A program made the translations under genes and the position numbers. From an uncultured Mollicutes bacterium (lineage in GTDB: Bacteria > Bacillota_I > Bacilli_A > ML615J-28 > CAG-313), in the NCBI GenBank assembly GCA_900538885.1, contig UQAI01000002.1, positions 19,211-83,210 of the forward strand: a stretch of 64,000 nt of DNA, in the 5' to 3' direction. This document shows positions 17,953 to 29,716 of this stretch, in pieces; position 1 is the stretch's first letter, and every line of letters begins with the position of its first letter. Under the pieces are notes generated by a model. That model did not search any database and had not been told where the DNA came from. It saw nothing but the letters and a program-made list of their open reading frames with translations.

Positions 17953-19359
17953 ATGCCATTTGAGAGTTTATCCGATCGAATTCAAATGTCGCTTAGACGT
18001 TTAACGGGTCGTGGCAAAATTAATGAAAAAGATATAGATGAGGCAATGCGGGAGATTAGAGTCTCTCTACTTGAAGCCGATGTTAACTATAAAATAGTAA
18101 AACAATTTATCGCGGATATAAAAGAAAAAGCCTTAGGTGAAAGAGTTATGAAGTCTCTTACCCCTGGCGATCAAGTTGTTAAAATAGTTTATGAAGAACT
18201 AGTAAAATTAATGGGCGAAGAAGCCGTTCCAATTAATTTGAAAAAATCAGGTACAAGTGTCATACTTATGGCTGGTTTACAAGGTAGTGGTAAAACCACT
18301 CATGCTGGTAAACTCGCATTATATTTACGCAAGAATAACAATTTAAAACCATTACTTGTTGCTGCTGACGTTTATCGTCCTGCCGCAATCAATCAATTGG
18401 TTCAACTTGGTAAACAACTTGACATAGAAGTATTCCAAATGGGAATTTTAACTAAACCTCAAGTAATAGTTAAAAAAGCGTTAGAATACGCAAGATTAAA
18501 CAATTTTAATTTAGTAATCATTGATACCGCTGGACGTTTACAAATTGATGAAGCTTTAATGCAAGAATTAGTTGATATTAAAGAAATTGCTCATCCTGAT
18601 GAAATCTTACTAACAATTGATGCGATGACTGGTCAAGATGCTGTTAATGTTGCATCAACTTTCCATGATAAATTAGATGTTACAGGATGCCTACTAACTA
18701 AACTTGATAGTGACACTCGTGGTGGTGCTGCTCTGTCAATTAGATATATGACTAATATCCCAATTAAATTTGTAGGTATGGGTGAAAAACTAGATCAACT
18801 TGAAGTATTCCATCCAGACCGTATGGCTAAACGTATTCTTGGTATGGGTGATGTATTATCATTCATTGAAAAAGCAACGGCAAATATTGATGAAGATGAT
18901 GCCATGAAACTTGCTGAAAGAATTCAAAAAGGCTTATTTAATTATAATGATTTCTTAGATCAAATTAAAACAATTAAAAAAATGGGTTCATTAAAAGGTT
19001 TACTTGGTTTAATTCCAGGAATTGGTTCAAAAATAAGAAACCTTAATATTGATGATAAACAATTTGTTTTCATTGAAGCTATCATTGGTTCAATGACTAA
19101 AGAAGAAAGAAAAAACCCAGATTTAATTAATAAGAGTCATTCACGTAAATCGAGAATTGCCAATGGTTCAGGTAGAACATATCAAGAAATCAACAACTTG
19201 ACTAAACGTTTTGAAGATATGAAAAAACAAATGGAAAGCATGTCAAAAATGGATGAAGACCAAATGGAAAAAATGTCAAAAGGTCAAGCACCAATGCCAA
19301 TGCCTAAGATGAAGGCTAAAAAAGGTAAAGGAAAGAATAAAGGAGGCTTCCGTATTTAG
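17953..19359 (+). CDS. ffh: Signal recognition particle protein Ffh.
   Basis: GLQGSGKTT, DTAGR, TKLDSDTRGGAALS, and a Met-rich C-terminal M domain. Confidence 0.95.
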   Translation: MPFESLSDRIQMSLRRLTGRGKINEKDIDEAMREIRVSLLEADVNYKIVKQFIADIKEKALGERVMKSLTPGDQVVKIVYEELVKLMGEEAVPINLKKSGTSVILMAGLQGSGKTTHAGKLALYLRKNNNLKPLLVAADVYRPAAINQLVQLGKQLDIEVFQMGILTKPQVIVKKALEYARLNNFNLVIIDTAGRLQIDEALMQELVDIKEIAHPDEILLTIDAMTGQDAVNVASTFHDKLDVTGCLLTKLDSDTRGGAALSIRYMTNIPIKFVGMGEKLDQLEVFHPDRMAKRILGMGDVLSFIEKATANIDEDDAMKLAERIQKGLFNYNDFLDQIKTIKKMGSLKGLLGLIPGIGSKIRNLNIDDKQFVFIEAIIGSMTKEERKNPDLINKSHSRKSRIANGSGRTYQEINNLTKRFEDMKKQMESMSKMDEDQMEKMSKGQAPMPMPKMKAKKGKGKNKGGFRI

Positions 19360-19572
19360 GAAGTCTTTTTTACAGCGAAATTTAATTGACTGTTAGTCAG
19401 TTAAATTATATAATGATAGTATGAAATACAATAACAGTTATACTAATAATTATACATATATGACTAATTCACTTAGAGATTTAAAATTGATAGATCCAAA
19501 CATTAATTTTGTGGAAGGATTATTAAATAAAAGTGTAAAAGCTCATATAGAATATTTAGTGGGAAAAACAAA

Positions 19573-20104
<532 letters not shown>

Positions 20105-20213
20105 ATAAAAAAACTATATAGTAAATTAGAAACAGATCTAATTTATCATATAGTTTTTCTTGTTGTAAATAAGTTTAAAAAAATACCAATTTAGTGTATA
20201 ATGTAATAGATGA

Positions 20214-20786
20214 CTAAATCTTTTTTAATAAGCGTAATGCTTGTTTTACGGCATCTTTTAGTTCAGTTGAATCATCAATTACTAATTTCTTAGTAACGTT
20301 TTTAATTTCAACATTACTATAACCTAAAGATTTAAGAGCGATACCTACATTTTCTAATTTTTCACTATTAGATTTAGTGGTAGCATCTGCTGTAAAGTTG
20401 ACTTTACCTTTTAAGTCAAGAATGATTTGTTGACTAAGTTTATTACCAATACCAGGGAAACTACAAAAATATTTAGCATTACTATCGTCAAGAGCTTGAA
20501 CAATTTCGCCAATTGTACTAGAAGCAAGAATCGCAAGGGCTCCTTTTGGTCCTAAACCTTTAACACTAATTAAACTAATAAACATTTGCTTTTCTTCGAT
20601 GGTTCCAAAACCATAAAGTTCAATGGCATCTTCACGAACATTTTGATATACATAAATAGTGGTGCTACTATCCTTTTCAAATTGATAGGGATTAGGGACT
20701 TTAACTAAGTAACCAACGCCATAACATTCGATGGTAATGTGTGTAGCACAAACTTCTGTGATTTGACCTTTAAAATAACTATACAT
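20214..20786 (-). CDS. ruvA: Holliday junction DNA helicase subunit RuvA.
   Basis: MYSYFKGQITEV N-terminus and HhH motifs (LISVKGLGPKGALAIL, FPGIGNKLSQQIILDLKGK). It is on the minus strand. Confidence 0.9.
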   Translation of the reverse strand: MYSYFKGQITEVCATHITIECYGVGYLVKVPNPYQFEKDSSTTIYVYQNVREDAIELYGFGTIEEKQMFISLISVKGLGPKGALAILASSTIGEIVQALDDSNAKYFCSFPGIGNKLSQQIILDLKGKVNFTADATTKSNSEKLENVGIALKSLGYSNVEIKNVTKKLVIDDSTELKDAVKQALRLLKKI

Positions 20787-20866
20787 AATACACCTCTTAT
20801 TACGTGTATTATAGCACAAAATTAGATTTATTGCAAAAAGAAAGGGTGACTTTTTTGGAAAATATA

Positions 20867-21853
20867 ATGGATAAAAAACAAATTGATGGTGATGAACTTG
20901 AAGTCACCTTACGTCCGAAATATTTAAGTGAATATGTTGGACAAGATGAAATTAAAGAAATGATGAAAGTTTTCATCTCAACGGCTCGTGATCGTGGTGA
21001 AAGTCTAGACCATGTTTTACTTTATGGTCCTCCAGGACTTGGTAAAACAACACTTGCTAATATCATAGCGAATGAAATGAAAACAAACTTAAAAGTAACA
21101 ACCGGACCTGCTTTATCGCGTCCTGGAGATCTTGCCTCTATTCTTTCATCACTTGAACCAGGTGATATTTTATTTATCGATGAAATTCACCGTATTCCTA
21201 AAGTAATTGAAGAAATTCTTTATTCCGCAATGGAAGATTATGCGATTGACATTGTAATGGGGAAAGACACTAATGCGATGACGCTTAGAATTGATCTTCC
21301 TCCATTTACTTTGGTAGGGGCGACCACTAGATTTGGTGATTTAACCGCTCCAATGCGAGATCGTTTTGGAATCGTTCATCAATTGAAGTATTACACAACT
21401 AGTGAACTTGGAACAATCATTAAGAGAACATCATCAATTTTCTCATTTTCAATAGATGATGATGCGGTAGTAGAACTTGCAAGAAGATCACGAGGAACTC
21501 CGCGTATTGCTAATCGTTTATTTAGACGAATTAGAGATTTTGCTCAATATGAGGGATTAACCCATATTACTAAAGAAATAACTGATTATGCTTTAAATAA
21601 AATGAACATTGATAAGGGTGGACTTGACATTACTGACCGTAAGTATTTAAAGTGTTTAGTTGAACGTTTTAATGGAGGACCTGCGGGAATTGAAGCACTA
21701 GCATCAACTATTTCAGAAGAAGCAGTAACTCTAGAAGATGTTAATGAACCATACTTACTTCAAGAAGGTTACATTGTTAGAAGCCATCGTGGTAGAGTTG
21801 CTACTGAAAAAACATATGAACATTTAGGAATTAAAAGAGGTGGAATGTTTTGA
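20867..21853 (+). CDS. ruvB: Holliday junction DNA helicase RuvB.
   Basis: [12 protein letters not shown], Walker [19 protein letters not shown], and DEIHR. It is on the plus strand, divergent from ruvA. Start ATG 20867 (the track's GTG 20804 is unlikely). Confidence 0.9.
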   Translation: MDKKQIDGDELEVTLRPKYLSEYVGQDEIKEMMKVFISTARDRGESLDHVLLYGPPGLGKTTLANIIANEMKTNLKVTTGPALSRPGDLASILSSLEPGDILFIDEIHRIPKVIEEILYSAMEDYAIDIVMGKDTNAMTLRIDLPPFTLVGATTRFGDLTAPMRDRFGIVHQLKYYTTSELGTIIKRTSSIFSFSIDDDAVVELARRSRGTPRIANRLFRRIRDFAQYEGLTHITKEITDYALNKMNIDKGGLDITDRKYLKCLVERFNGGPAGIEALASTISEEAVTLEDVNEPYLLQEGYIVRSHRGRVATEKTYEHLGIKRGGMF

Positions 21854-22875
21854 AACTAGAAGAATTTGATTATTATTTACCCGAAAGACTAATTGCTCAA
21901 ACTCCTCTTGAAAAAAGAAGTAATTCAAGATTATTAGTACTTGACAAAAAAACGGGAGAAATAGAACACAAACATTTTTATGACTTAACTAGTATGTTAA
22001 CAGATAATGATGTTTTAGTTTTAAATGATACAAAAGTATTACCTTCAAGAATTTATGGCGAAAAAGAAGACACAAAAGCATGGATTGAAGTATTACTATT
22101 AAAAGAGATTAGACCAAATGTATGGGAAACCCTAACTAGACCAGCTAAAAGAGTTAAAGAGGGCACCATAATTTCCTTTAATGGAGGAATCCTTAAAGCT
22201 AAATGTATCGGAGTTGGTCCGGATGGTGAACGAACTTTTGAAATGATGTATGATGGAATCTTCATTGAAATTCTTGAAAAAATAGGAATGATGCCACTTC
22301 CTCCTTATATTCATGAAAAATTAGATGATGGTGATAGATATCAAACGGTTTATGCGAAAGAATATGGAAGTGCTGCAGCACCAACAGCTGGGCTCCATTT
22401 CACAAAAGAAATGCTTGAAGAATTAAAACAAAAAGGCGTTACGGTATGTTACATTACTTTACATGTAGGCCTAGGCACTTTTAGACCTGTAACAACCGAA
22501 ACAGTAGAAGACCATCATATGCATAGTGAAACATATCATATGGACCAAGCTACTGCTGATATTTTAAATCAAGCAAAATTAGATCATAAGCGTATCATTA
22601 GTGTTGGTACAACTTCAACCAGAACGCTTGAAAGTATTTACAACAAATATGGCAAGTTTGTAGAAACTTGTGAAGATACAAGTATCTTTATTTATCCACC
22701 TTATGAGTTTAAAGCAATAGATGCTTTAATCACAAATTTTCATTTACCTAAATCAACCCTTGTAATGCTTGTAAGTGCTCTTGCGGGAAAAGATAATATC
22801 ATGAGAGCATATAAAGAAGCAGTTGATAAGGAATATCGCTTTTTCTCATTTGGTGATGCAATGTTTATTAAGTAG
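21850..22875 (+). CDS. queA: S-adenosylmethionine:tRNA ribosyltransferase-isomerase.
   Basis: Near-collinear with Bacillus QueA ([16 protein letters not shown]...[13 protein letters not shown]...[11 protein letters not shown]...[12 protein letters not shown]). The TTG start overlaps the ruvB stop. Confidence 0.9.
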   Translation: MKLEEFDYYLPERLIAQTPLEKRSNSRLLVLDKKTGEIEHKHFYDLTSMLTDNDVLVLNDTKVLPSRIYGEKEDTKAWIEVLLLKEIRPNVWETLTRPAKRVKEGTIISFNGGILKAKCIGVGPDGERTFEMMYDGIFIEILEKIGMMPLPPYIHEKLDDGDRYQTVYAKEYGSAAAPTAGLHFTKEMLEELKQKGVTVCYITLHVGLGTFRPVTTETVEDHHMHSETYHMDQATADILNQAKLDHKRIISVGTTSTRTLESIYNKYGKFVETCEDTSIFIYPPYEFKAIDALITNFHLPKSTLVMLVSALAGKDNIMRAYKEAVDKEYRFFSFGDAMFIK

Positions 22876-22883
22876 ATGATATT

Positions 22884-23807
22884 ATGAAAAACTTTAAAAA
22901 TATAAGAATAGTTGATAATTTTTATCAAACATCATCTTTTTTCCCAATGCCACTTACCCTTGTGGGAACACTAGATGAAAATGGAAACACTAGTTTTGGT
23001 GCATATTCTTTGTGCTTTCCTTATTATATAGCTGGTAAAGATTATTACGCAATGATTCTTGAATGCCGTAATAGTTCTAACACTTGTAAAGGCATTTTAA
23101 GAAGTGGAAAATGTACAATTAATTTTTTACCATATTCTAAACGAATCTTTAAAGAACATGTTCGTTTAGGTTATCCCGGAGATACACCTGAAGAAAAAAT
23201 GAAAGATTTCAAATTTAATGTTGAAACTTCAATTTCTCAAGATGAAGATCCAAATCATAACTATCCTAAAATAATAAGTGAGGCCTTACAGGTTTTCGAA
23301 TGTACTTGGGTAAGTGAATTAGATAATGCAAGTAATGATGAAATAAAAGAAGAATATGATGGCCCATATCATAATTTTAATGGAATTACCTCAAAATATG
23401 GTGCTCATTTCATTCTTAAAATCGATCGCATTTTAGTAAAAGATAAATACTATGATGCTTTAATTAATGGAGTTAACACCCATAATTTTTGCCCACTTCC
23501 TACTAATTGGGGATACCGCGATTCTACTAATTTTTGGTGTTCTGCTTTCCGTACTCCAAAACCTGAAAAGGTCCCTAAACGTGAGGTTGACTTAACCTCT
23601 GTTCGTTATGCCGCATCAAGAGCTGATGATAAAATCAAATTTTCTGATGATGCATTAATGAAATTAGTAAAAGTACCAAGACCATTTTTGAAACTAGTTA
23701 TTAATGGTTGTATAAACTGGGCTAAAGAAAATAATTGTACTTTAATTACTTCAAAAGAGATGGATATCATTAACGATAAACGAAGAAAAGAAAAAGTCAA
23801 AAAATAA
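22884..23807 (+). CDS. Hypothetical protein. The N-terminal roughly 110 aa resemble a flavin-reductase-like FMN-binding split barrel. The C-terminal 190 aa have no recognisable domain.
   Basis: FFPMPLTLVGTLDENGNTSFGAYS...CTINFLP resembles the PF01613 core (P.PV.LVTT.D..G..N...S). Otherwise it appears to be an orphan. Confidence 0.4.
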   Translation: MKNFKNIRIVDNFYQTSSFFPMPLTLVGTLDENGNTSFGAYSLCFPYYIAGKDYYAMILECRNSSNTCKGILRSGKCTINFLPYSKRIFKEHVRLGYPGDTPEEKMKDFKFNVETSISQDEDPNHNYPKIISEALQVFECTWVSELDNASNDEIKEEYDGPYHNFNGITSKYGAHFILKIDRILVKDKYYDALINGVNTHNFCPLPTNWGYRDSTNFWCSAFRTPKPEKVPKREVDLTSVRYAASRADDKIKFSDDALMKLVKVPRPFLKLVINGCINWAKENNCTLITSKEMDIINDKRRKEKVKK

Positions 23808-24006
23808 ATATTATGTAAAAGAATCCTAAATTAATTAGGATTTTTTGTTTATTGTAATTTATTTATAGGAAATAATTGCTAATTAAAAAATAAAAAATGA
23901 TGGTTATTTTGTCTAAAAAAAGAAGCAATTACAAGTTAATAATTAAAACATATGCAAAAAAATGAAAGATGTGGTATAATAAATTTAGAAAATGGGGTGA
24001 TATCGC

Positions 24007-25845
24007 ATGAATGATCAAGGTATTTATTACTTTCACCAAGGCACAAGTGCTGAAGCATATGACTTATTAGGTTCACATTACACACCGACGGAAACAACAT
24101 TTAGAGTGTGGGCTCCAAATGCTAGAAGTGTTAGTGTGGTTGGTGATTTTAATGCTTGGGATAAGACAAAGAATATCATGAATAAAATTACCGCCGAAGG
24201 TTTATATGAGGTAGTAATTAAAAATGTTAAAGAATATGATTGTTATCAATATGCGATAACATCTCGAACTGGTAAAGTAATTATGAAAAGTGATCCCTAT
24301 GCTTTTCATAGTGAACTTAGACCAAAACGAGCATCTAAAGTATACGATTTAGATAAATACAAATTTACTGATGAAAAGTGGATGAAAAATAGAAAGAATG
24401 TTCAAAACTATCATGCTCCTATCAATATTTATGAGGTGCATTTAGGTTCTTGGCGAAAATATCATGATGGTGAGACTTTTGATTATATTAAGACAGCCCA
24501 TGAGTTAAGTGATTACGCAGTGAAAATGGGATATACGCATATTGAAATATTACCAATATCAGAATATCCATATGACCCTTCATGGGGCTATCAAGTTACT
24601 GGATATTATTCTGTAACCTCTAGATATGGGACTCCTAGTGATTTTATGGAATTTATAAATATATGTCATAATAAGGGCTTAGGAGTAATTTTAGACTGGG
24701 TTCCCGGACATTTCACTAAAGATAATCATGGTCTTATTAATTTTGATGGTGATAATGTTTATGAACCAAGTGATGAAACAAGAAAAGAAAATAAGGGATG
24801 GGGTACTAGATGTTTTGATTATGGAAGATGTGAAGTTCAAAGTTTTTTAGTATCAAACGCTATGTTTTTTGTGAAGAAATTTCATATTGATGGAATTAGA
24901 ATGGATGCGGTAGCTTCAATGCTTTATCTAGATTATGGTAAAAATGATGGTGAATGGCATCCAAATAGTTTTGGAACCAACATTAATTTAGAAGCGGTAG
25001 CGTTCTTAAAGAAATGTAATGATGCAATTCATCAAGCTTATCCTGAAGTTTTAATGATTGCTGAAGAATCCACCGCATACCCTAAGATAACAGTACCTAC
25101 TGAGTATGGGGGATTAGGATTTGATTATAAATGGAATATGGGATGGATGAATGATACTTTATCCTACATTAAAGATGATCCAATATATCGTCAGTATCAT
25201 CATGATAAATTAACATTCCAAATGACTTACATTTATAGTGAACACTATATCTTACCACTTAGTCATGATGAAGTTGTGCATATGAAAGGATCATTAATCA
25301 ATAAAATGCCTGGTTCATATGAACAAAAATTTGCAGGTCTTAAAGTTTATCTTACCTATATGATGACACACCCTGGTAAAAAATTGTTATTTATGGGTGG
25401 AGAAATAGGACAATTTAGAGAATGGAACGAAGACCGTGAAATTGATTGGTCAGTCTTACAATATCAACAACATCAAGGACTTCAAAAATATAATGAACAT
25501 TTAAATAATTTATATAAAACATCAATTGCTTTATATGAGAATGATTATAACTGGGATGGCTTTAAATGGTTAGTTGTAAATGATAATACACGAAATGTTT
25601 TATCCTATGCAAGAATGTCACAAGGCGAAGAGATGTTAGTTATCCTAAACTTCTCATTTAATATGTGGTTTGATTATAAAATTTCAGATGTAGAGAATGG
25701 TGAGTATGAAATCATACTTGCAAGTGATGATGAAGAATATGGTGGTACTCACCACTTAAAAGGCCAAAAATATAAAGTAGAGAATAATGAACTAGTGATA
25801 TCAATACCATATAGTTCAGGAATAATATTAAGAAAGGTAAAATAG
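24007..25845 (+). CDS. glgB: 1,4-alpha-glucan branching enzyme.
   Basis: GH13 motifs DWVPGHF, GIRMDAV, EESTAYP, and an N-terminal CBM48-like region. Confidence 0.9.
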   Translation: MNDQGIYYFHQGTSAEAYDLLGSHYTPTETTFRVWAPNARSVSVVGDFNAWDKTKNIMNKITAEGLYEVVIKNVKEYDCYQYAITSRTGKVIMKSDPYAFHSELRPKRASKVYDLDKYKFTDEKWMKNRKNVQNYHAPINIYEVHLGSWRKYHDGETFDYIKTAHELSDYAVKMGYTHIEILPISEYPYDPSWGYQVTGYYSVTSRYGTPSDFMEFINICHNKGLGVILDWVPGHFTKDNHGLINFDGDNVYEPSDETRKENKGWGTRCFDYGRCEVQSFLVSNAMFFVKKFHIDGIRMDAVASMLYLDYGKNDGEWHPNSFGTNINLEAVAFLKKCNDAIHQAYPEVLMIAEESTAYPKITVPTEYGGLGFDYKWNMGWMNDTLSYIKDDPIYRQYHHDKLTFQMTYIYSEHYILPLSHDEVVHMKGSLINKMPGSYEQKFAGLKVYLTYMMTHPGKKLLFMGGEIGQFREWNEDREIDWSVLQYQQHQGLQKYNEHLNNLYKTSIALYENDYNWDGFKWLVVNDNTRNVLSYARMSQGEEMLVILNFSFNMWFDYKISDVENGEYEIILASDDEEYGGTHHLKGQKYKVENNELVISIPYSSGIILRKVK

Positions 25846-25848
25846 AAT

Positions 25849-27048
25849 ATGTATAATAGTAAAAAATGTATTGCAATGTTATTAGCTGGTGGTCAAGGAA
25901 GCCGTTTATACGCACTTACCACAAAGGTTGCTAAACCAGCCGTATCATTTGGTGCGAAATATCGAATTATTGATTTCACTTTATCAAATTGTGTAAATTC
26001 AAATATTGATACTGTTGGAGTACTTACTCAGTATCAACCACTAATCTTAAATGAATATATTGGTAATGGTCAACCTTGGGATCTAGACCGTACATATGGT
26101 GGAGTTCAAATTTTACCACCTTATCAAGCTAAAGATCGTATGGACTGGTATAAAGGCACAGCTAATGCTATTTTTCAAAATATTGGTTATATTGAAAAAT
26201 ATAATCCTGAACATGTTTTAATCTTATCAGGAGACCATATTTATAAAATGGACTATAACAAAATGTTAGAGTATCATATTAAAAATAATGCGGACTGTAC
26301 TATTGCGGTACTTGAAGTGCCACTAAGTGAGGCCAGCCGTTTTGGTATTATGAATACTGATGAGAATAATCGTATTGTAGAATTTGAAGAAAAGCCAAAA
26401 GTGCCAAAGAGTAATAAAGCTTCAATGGGAATTTATATTTTCAAAAAAGAAAAACTTGTAGAATACTTAAAAGCGGATAATGAAGATCCTAAATCACAAA
26501 ATGACTTTGGCAAAAATATTATTCCTAATATGTTAAATGCCGGTGAAAAGATGGTAGCCTATCCGTTTAAAGGATACTGGAAAGATGTTGGTACAATTGA
26601 TAGTTTATGGGAAGCAAACCAAGATTTAATTGGTGAACACCCTAAATTTGATATCTATAATCCACATTGGAAAATTCATTCTCGTAATATTGGGATCGAA
26701 CCACAATATATTGGTGAAGATGCTAAAATTGTTAATTCATTAATTACTGGTGGAGCTAAGGTTGAAGGTACAGTTATTAATAGTACAATTGGCTCTAAGG
26801 TAGTAATTGAAAAAGGTGCTGTAGTTAAAGATAGCGTAATTTTCTCAAATGTTACAATTGAAAAAGGTGCGAAGATTAATTATAGTATTATTGATGAAAA
26901 TGTTATAATTGGTAAAAAAGCCATAGTAGGAGCTGAAAAAGCAGAAGGCGTTAAAATTGCGGTTATAGGCCGTGATGTTAAGGTTGATGCAGGTGCAATT
27001 GTTGAAGCAGGCTCTAATATTGAACACGACGTTAGAAAGGAGGAATAA
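25849..27048 (+). CDS. glgC: Glucose-1-phosphate adenylyltransferase.
   Basis: [28 protein letters not shown], and a left-handed beta-helix C-terminus. Confidence 0.9.
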   Translation: MYNSKKCIAMLLAGGQGSRLYALTTKVAKPAVSFGAKYRIIDFTLSNCVNSNIDTVGVLTQYQPLILNEYIGNGQPWDLDRTYGGVQILPPYQAKDRMDWYKGTANAIFQNIGYIEKYNPEHVLILSGDHIYKMDYNKMLEYHIKNNADCTIAVLEVPLSEASRFGIMNTDENNRIVEFEEKPKVPKSNKASMGIYIFKKEKLVEYLKADNEDPKSQNDFGKNIIPNMLNAGEKMVAYPFKGYWKDVGTIDSLWEANQDLIGEHPKFDIYNPHWKIHSRNIGIEPQYIGEDAKIVNSLITGGAKVEGTVINSTIGSKVVIEKGAVVKDSVIFSNVTIEKGAKINYSIIDENVIIGKKAIVGAEKAEGVKIAVIGRDVKVDAGAIVEAGSNIEHDVRKEE

Positions 27049-27049
27049 G

Positions 27050-28165
27050 ATGAACGCTGCAGGTATTATTTTTGCGAATTTACAAAATGAAATGTTAGAT
27101 GAGTTAACCCGTAAAAGAACAACTGCTTCCTTACCATTTGGAGGACGTTATCGTTTAATTGACTTTGCTCTTTCTAATATTGTTTGTGCCGACATCGTTA
27201 ATGTTGCGGTAATAGCACAAAAGAATTATCAGTCATTAATGGACCATGTGGGTTCAGGTAAAGATTGGGACTTATCACGTCGTAATGGCGGCTTAACAAT
27301 TTTTCCACCATTTAGTAACTATAAGAGTGATTTCCTTTATACTAATCGCTTAGAAGCCTTAAAAACAATTAGAGGTTTTATCTCAAAAGTTAAAGATGAT
27401 ATAATTGTTTTAATGGATTGTGATAGTGTTAATGTTATTGATTTTGAAAAAGTAATTAATGAACATCTTGAAAGACAAGCAGATATTACAGTGCTATATC
27501 AAGAATGCACAGTTCCAAGTACACTTAAAAATCATATGAGTTTTGAGGTTTCAGATAATGGGAGAATTACTAAAGGAACATTAACATCAGATGAAGGCAA
27601 AAAAGCTAAAGTTGGTATTAATGTTTGGGTTATGAGTCGTCGTCTTTTACAAAGTGCAGTTGATGAAGCTATTTCATTAGGTTTAAATAACTTTGAAAGA
27701 GACATAATATTAAATAATATATCTAGTTTAAAAGTATATGGATATAAATATACAGGAATTTATTTACCAATTACTTCAATGGAAGACTATTACAAAAATA
27801 ATATGAAACTACTTGATCCAAGTATTCGTGAGGCTATTTTTGAACAAGAAGATCACCACATCTACACTAAGGTTAGAGACTCAGCTCCAACAAGATATGG
27901 AAATGATGCTAAAGTTGAAAATAGTTTTATCGCTGACGGATGTGAAATTGAAGGAACCGTTATCAATAGCATTCTTTTTAGAGGTGTAAAAGTTGGTAAA
28001 GGAACAGTAGTTAAAAATTCAATTTTAATGCAAGATACTATTACAGGTAATAATGTAACATTAGAGTGCGTAATTACGGATAAGAATGTTGCGATTAGAG
28101 ATCGTAATCATCTTGCAGGATGTGAAAAAATACCATACTATTTAAGTAAAAATGCGATGGTATAA
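27050..28165 (+). CDS. glgD: Glycogen biosynthesis protein GlgD (the regulatory, non-catalytic ADP-glucose pyrophosphorylase subunit).
   Basis: Paralogous to GlgC (AAGIIFANLQN..LPFGGRYRLIDF) but without the GGxGxR motif. RBS GGAGG lies before ATG 27050 (the track ORF starts upstream, inside glgC). Confidence 0.8.
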   Translation: MNAAGIIFANLQNEMLDELTRKRTTASLPFGGRYRLIDFALSNIVCADIVNVAVIAQKNYQSLMDHVGSGKDWDLSRRNGGLTIFPPFSNYKSDFLYTNRLEALKTIRGFISKVKDDIIVLMDCDSVNVIDFEKVINEHLERQADITVLYQECTVPSTLKNHMSFEVSDNGRITKGTLTSDEGKKAKVGINVWVMSRRLLQSAVDEAISLGLNNFERDIILNNISSLKVYGYKYTGIYLPITSMEDYYKNNMKLLDPSIREAIFEQEDHHIYTKVRDSAPTRYGNDAKVENSFIADGCEIEGTVINSILFRGVKVGKGTVVKNSILMQDTITGNNVTLECVITDKNVAIRDRNHLAGCEKIPYYLSKNAMV

Positions 28166-28225
28166 TAATCAGTTAATGAAAAAAAATAATAAAGAATAAT
28201 TTTCTATCTAGGAGGATATTTATAT

Positions 28226-29689
28226 ATGAATAGTAAAGAACAAACAGTTAAAAAGATTACATTTATCGCTTCTGAATGTCAACCATTTATCGCATCAGGT
28301 GGCTTAGGTGATGTTGTGGGTTCACTTCCTTTACGTATTGCTAAACAAACTAAAGGTGAATACGAACTTACCGTAATCTTACCATATTATTCAAAAATAA
28401 ATGAAAAGTATCGTAATAAACTTGTCTATGTTGGACAAACTACCGTTAACCTATCATGGCGTAAACAATATTGTGGTATTTTTAAGTATGAAGAAAAAAA
28501 TGTAAAGTATTACTTTATCGATAATGAATATTATTTTAAACGTGATAATCTATATGGCTATTTTGATGATGGTGAACGTTTTGCATATTTCAGTAAAGCC
28601 GCAATCGATGTAATGCTATACTTAGATGAAGTGCCAGATATTATTCATGTTCATGATTGGCAAACAGGTCTCGTACCAATTTATTTACGTACTTTATATT
28701 ATGGTGATGTTCGTTTAATGAATGTTAAAACAATATTTACTATTCATAACATTGAGTATCAAGGCTTATTCTCATTTGATGATGATATTATTGAAGATGT
28801 ATTTGGTATCTCTATTAATGATGCATACATTTTTGAATATCGTGGTTCAATCAATATTATGAAAGGAGCAATGGAAGCCGCAAACTATGTGACAACAGTT
28901 AGTCCAAGTTACGCGGAAGAAATTTGTACACCTGAGTATGCTCATGGCTTGGAAGATGAAATTAACCGAATTAAGGCCGAAAATAAATTAGTTGGTATTT
29001 TAAATGGTATTGATAAAAACTTTTATAATCCAGCCAAGGATAAAGCTTTATTCGCAAATTATGATCGTAATGATTTTACAAGTAAAGGTCTAAATAAAGT
29101 TGAATTACAAAAAATGTTAAATTTACCAGTTGATGAAAGTGTTCCAATGATTGGAATGGTAACAAGACTTGTTGGACATAAAGGTTTAGAATTTATTAAA
29201 GCAGGCTTTAACGAACTTATGGAAATGAATATTCAACTTGTAATTCTTGGTACTGGTGATCCATATTATGAAGGATACTTAAAAGATATGGAAGTTAAAT
29301 ATCATAATAAATTTAGAGCAGTTATTGCATTTAATCAAGATTTATCACGTAAGATTTATGGATCTGCTGATTTATTCTTAATGCCATCAGCGTCTGAACC
29401 TTGTGGCTTATCACAAATGATAGCAGCACGTTATGGTGCAATCCCAATGGTTAGAGAAACAGGTGGATTAAAAGATAGTATTATTGATTATAGTAAAACA
29501 AATGGAAATGGTTATACTTTTACAGGAATGGATTATCATGAGATGTTAAACATGATTAGAAGAGCTGTGAATGATTATCATCAACCTACTTGGAACGAGA
29601 AAGTCGGAAAGACAATGAATGTTGATTTTGGATGGAGCAGTAGTGCTAAGAAATATGTTTCAATGTATGACAAAATTTTAAATAGTTAA
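28226..29689 (+). CDS. glgA: Glycogen synthase (ADP-glucose type).
   Basis: ASECQPFIASGGLGDVVGSLP N-terminal motif, and a GT-B C-terminus (PSASEPCGLSQM). Confidence 0.9.
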   Translation: MNSKEQTVKKITFIASECQPFIASGGLGDVVGSLPLRIAKQTKGEYELTVILPYYSKINEKYRNKLVYVGQTTVNLSWRKQYCGIFKYEEKNVKYYFIDNEYYFKRDNLYGYFDDGERFAYFSKAAIDVMLYLDEVPDIIHVHDWQTGLVPIYLRTLYYGDVRLMNVKTIFTIHNIEYQGLFSFDDDIIEDVFGISINDAYIFEYRGSINIMKGAMEAANYVTTVSPSYAEEICTPEYAHGLEDEINRIKAENKLVGILNGIDKNFYNPAKDKALFANYDRNDFTSKGLNKVELQKMLNLPVDESVPMIGMVTRLVGHKGLEFIKAGFNELMEMNIQLVILGTGDPYYEGYLKDMEVKYHNKFRAVIAFNQDLSRKIYGSADLFLMPSASEPCGLSQMIAARYGAIPMVRETGGLKDSIIDYSKTNGNGYTFTGMDYHEMLNMIRRAVNDYHQPTWNEKVGKTMNVDFGWSSSAKKYVSMYDKILNS

Positions 29690-29716
29690 TAACTATTTAA
29701 ATAGAAAGGTAATGAA

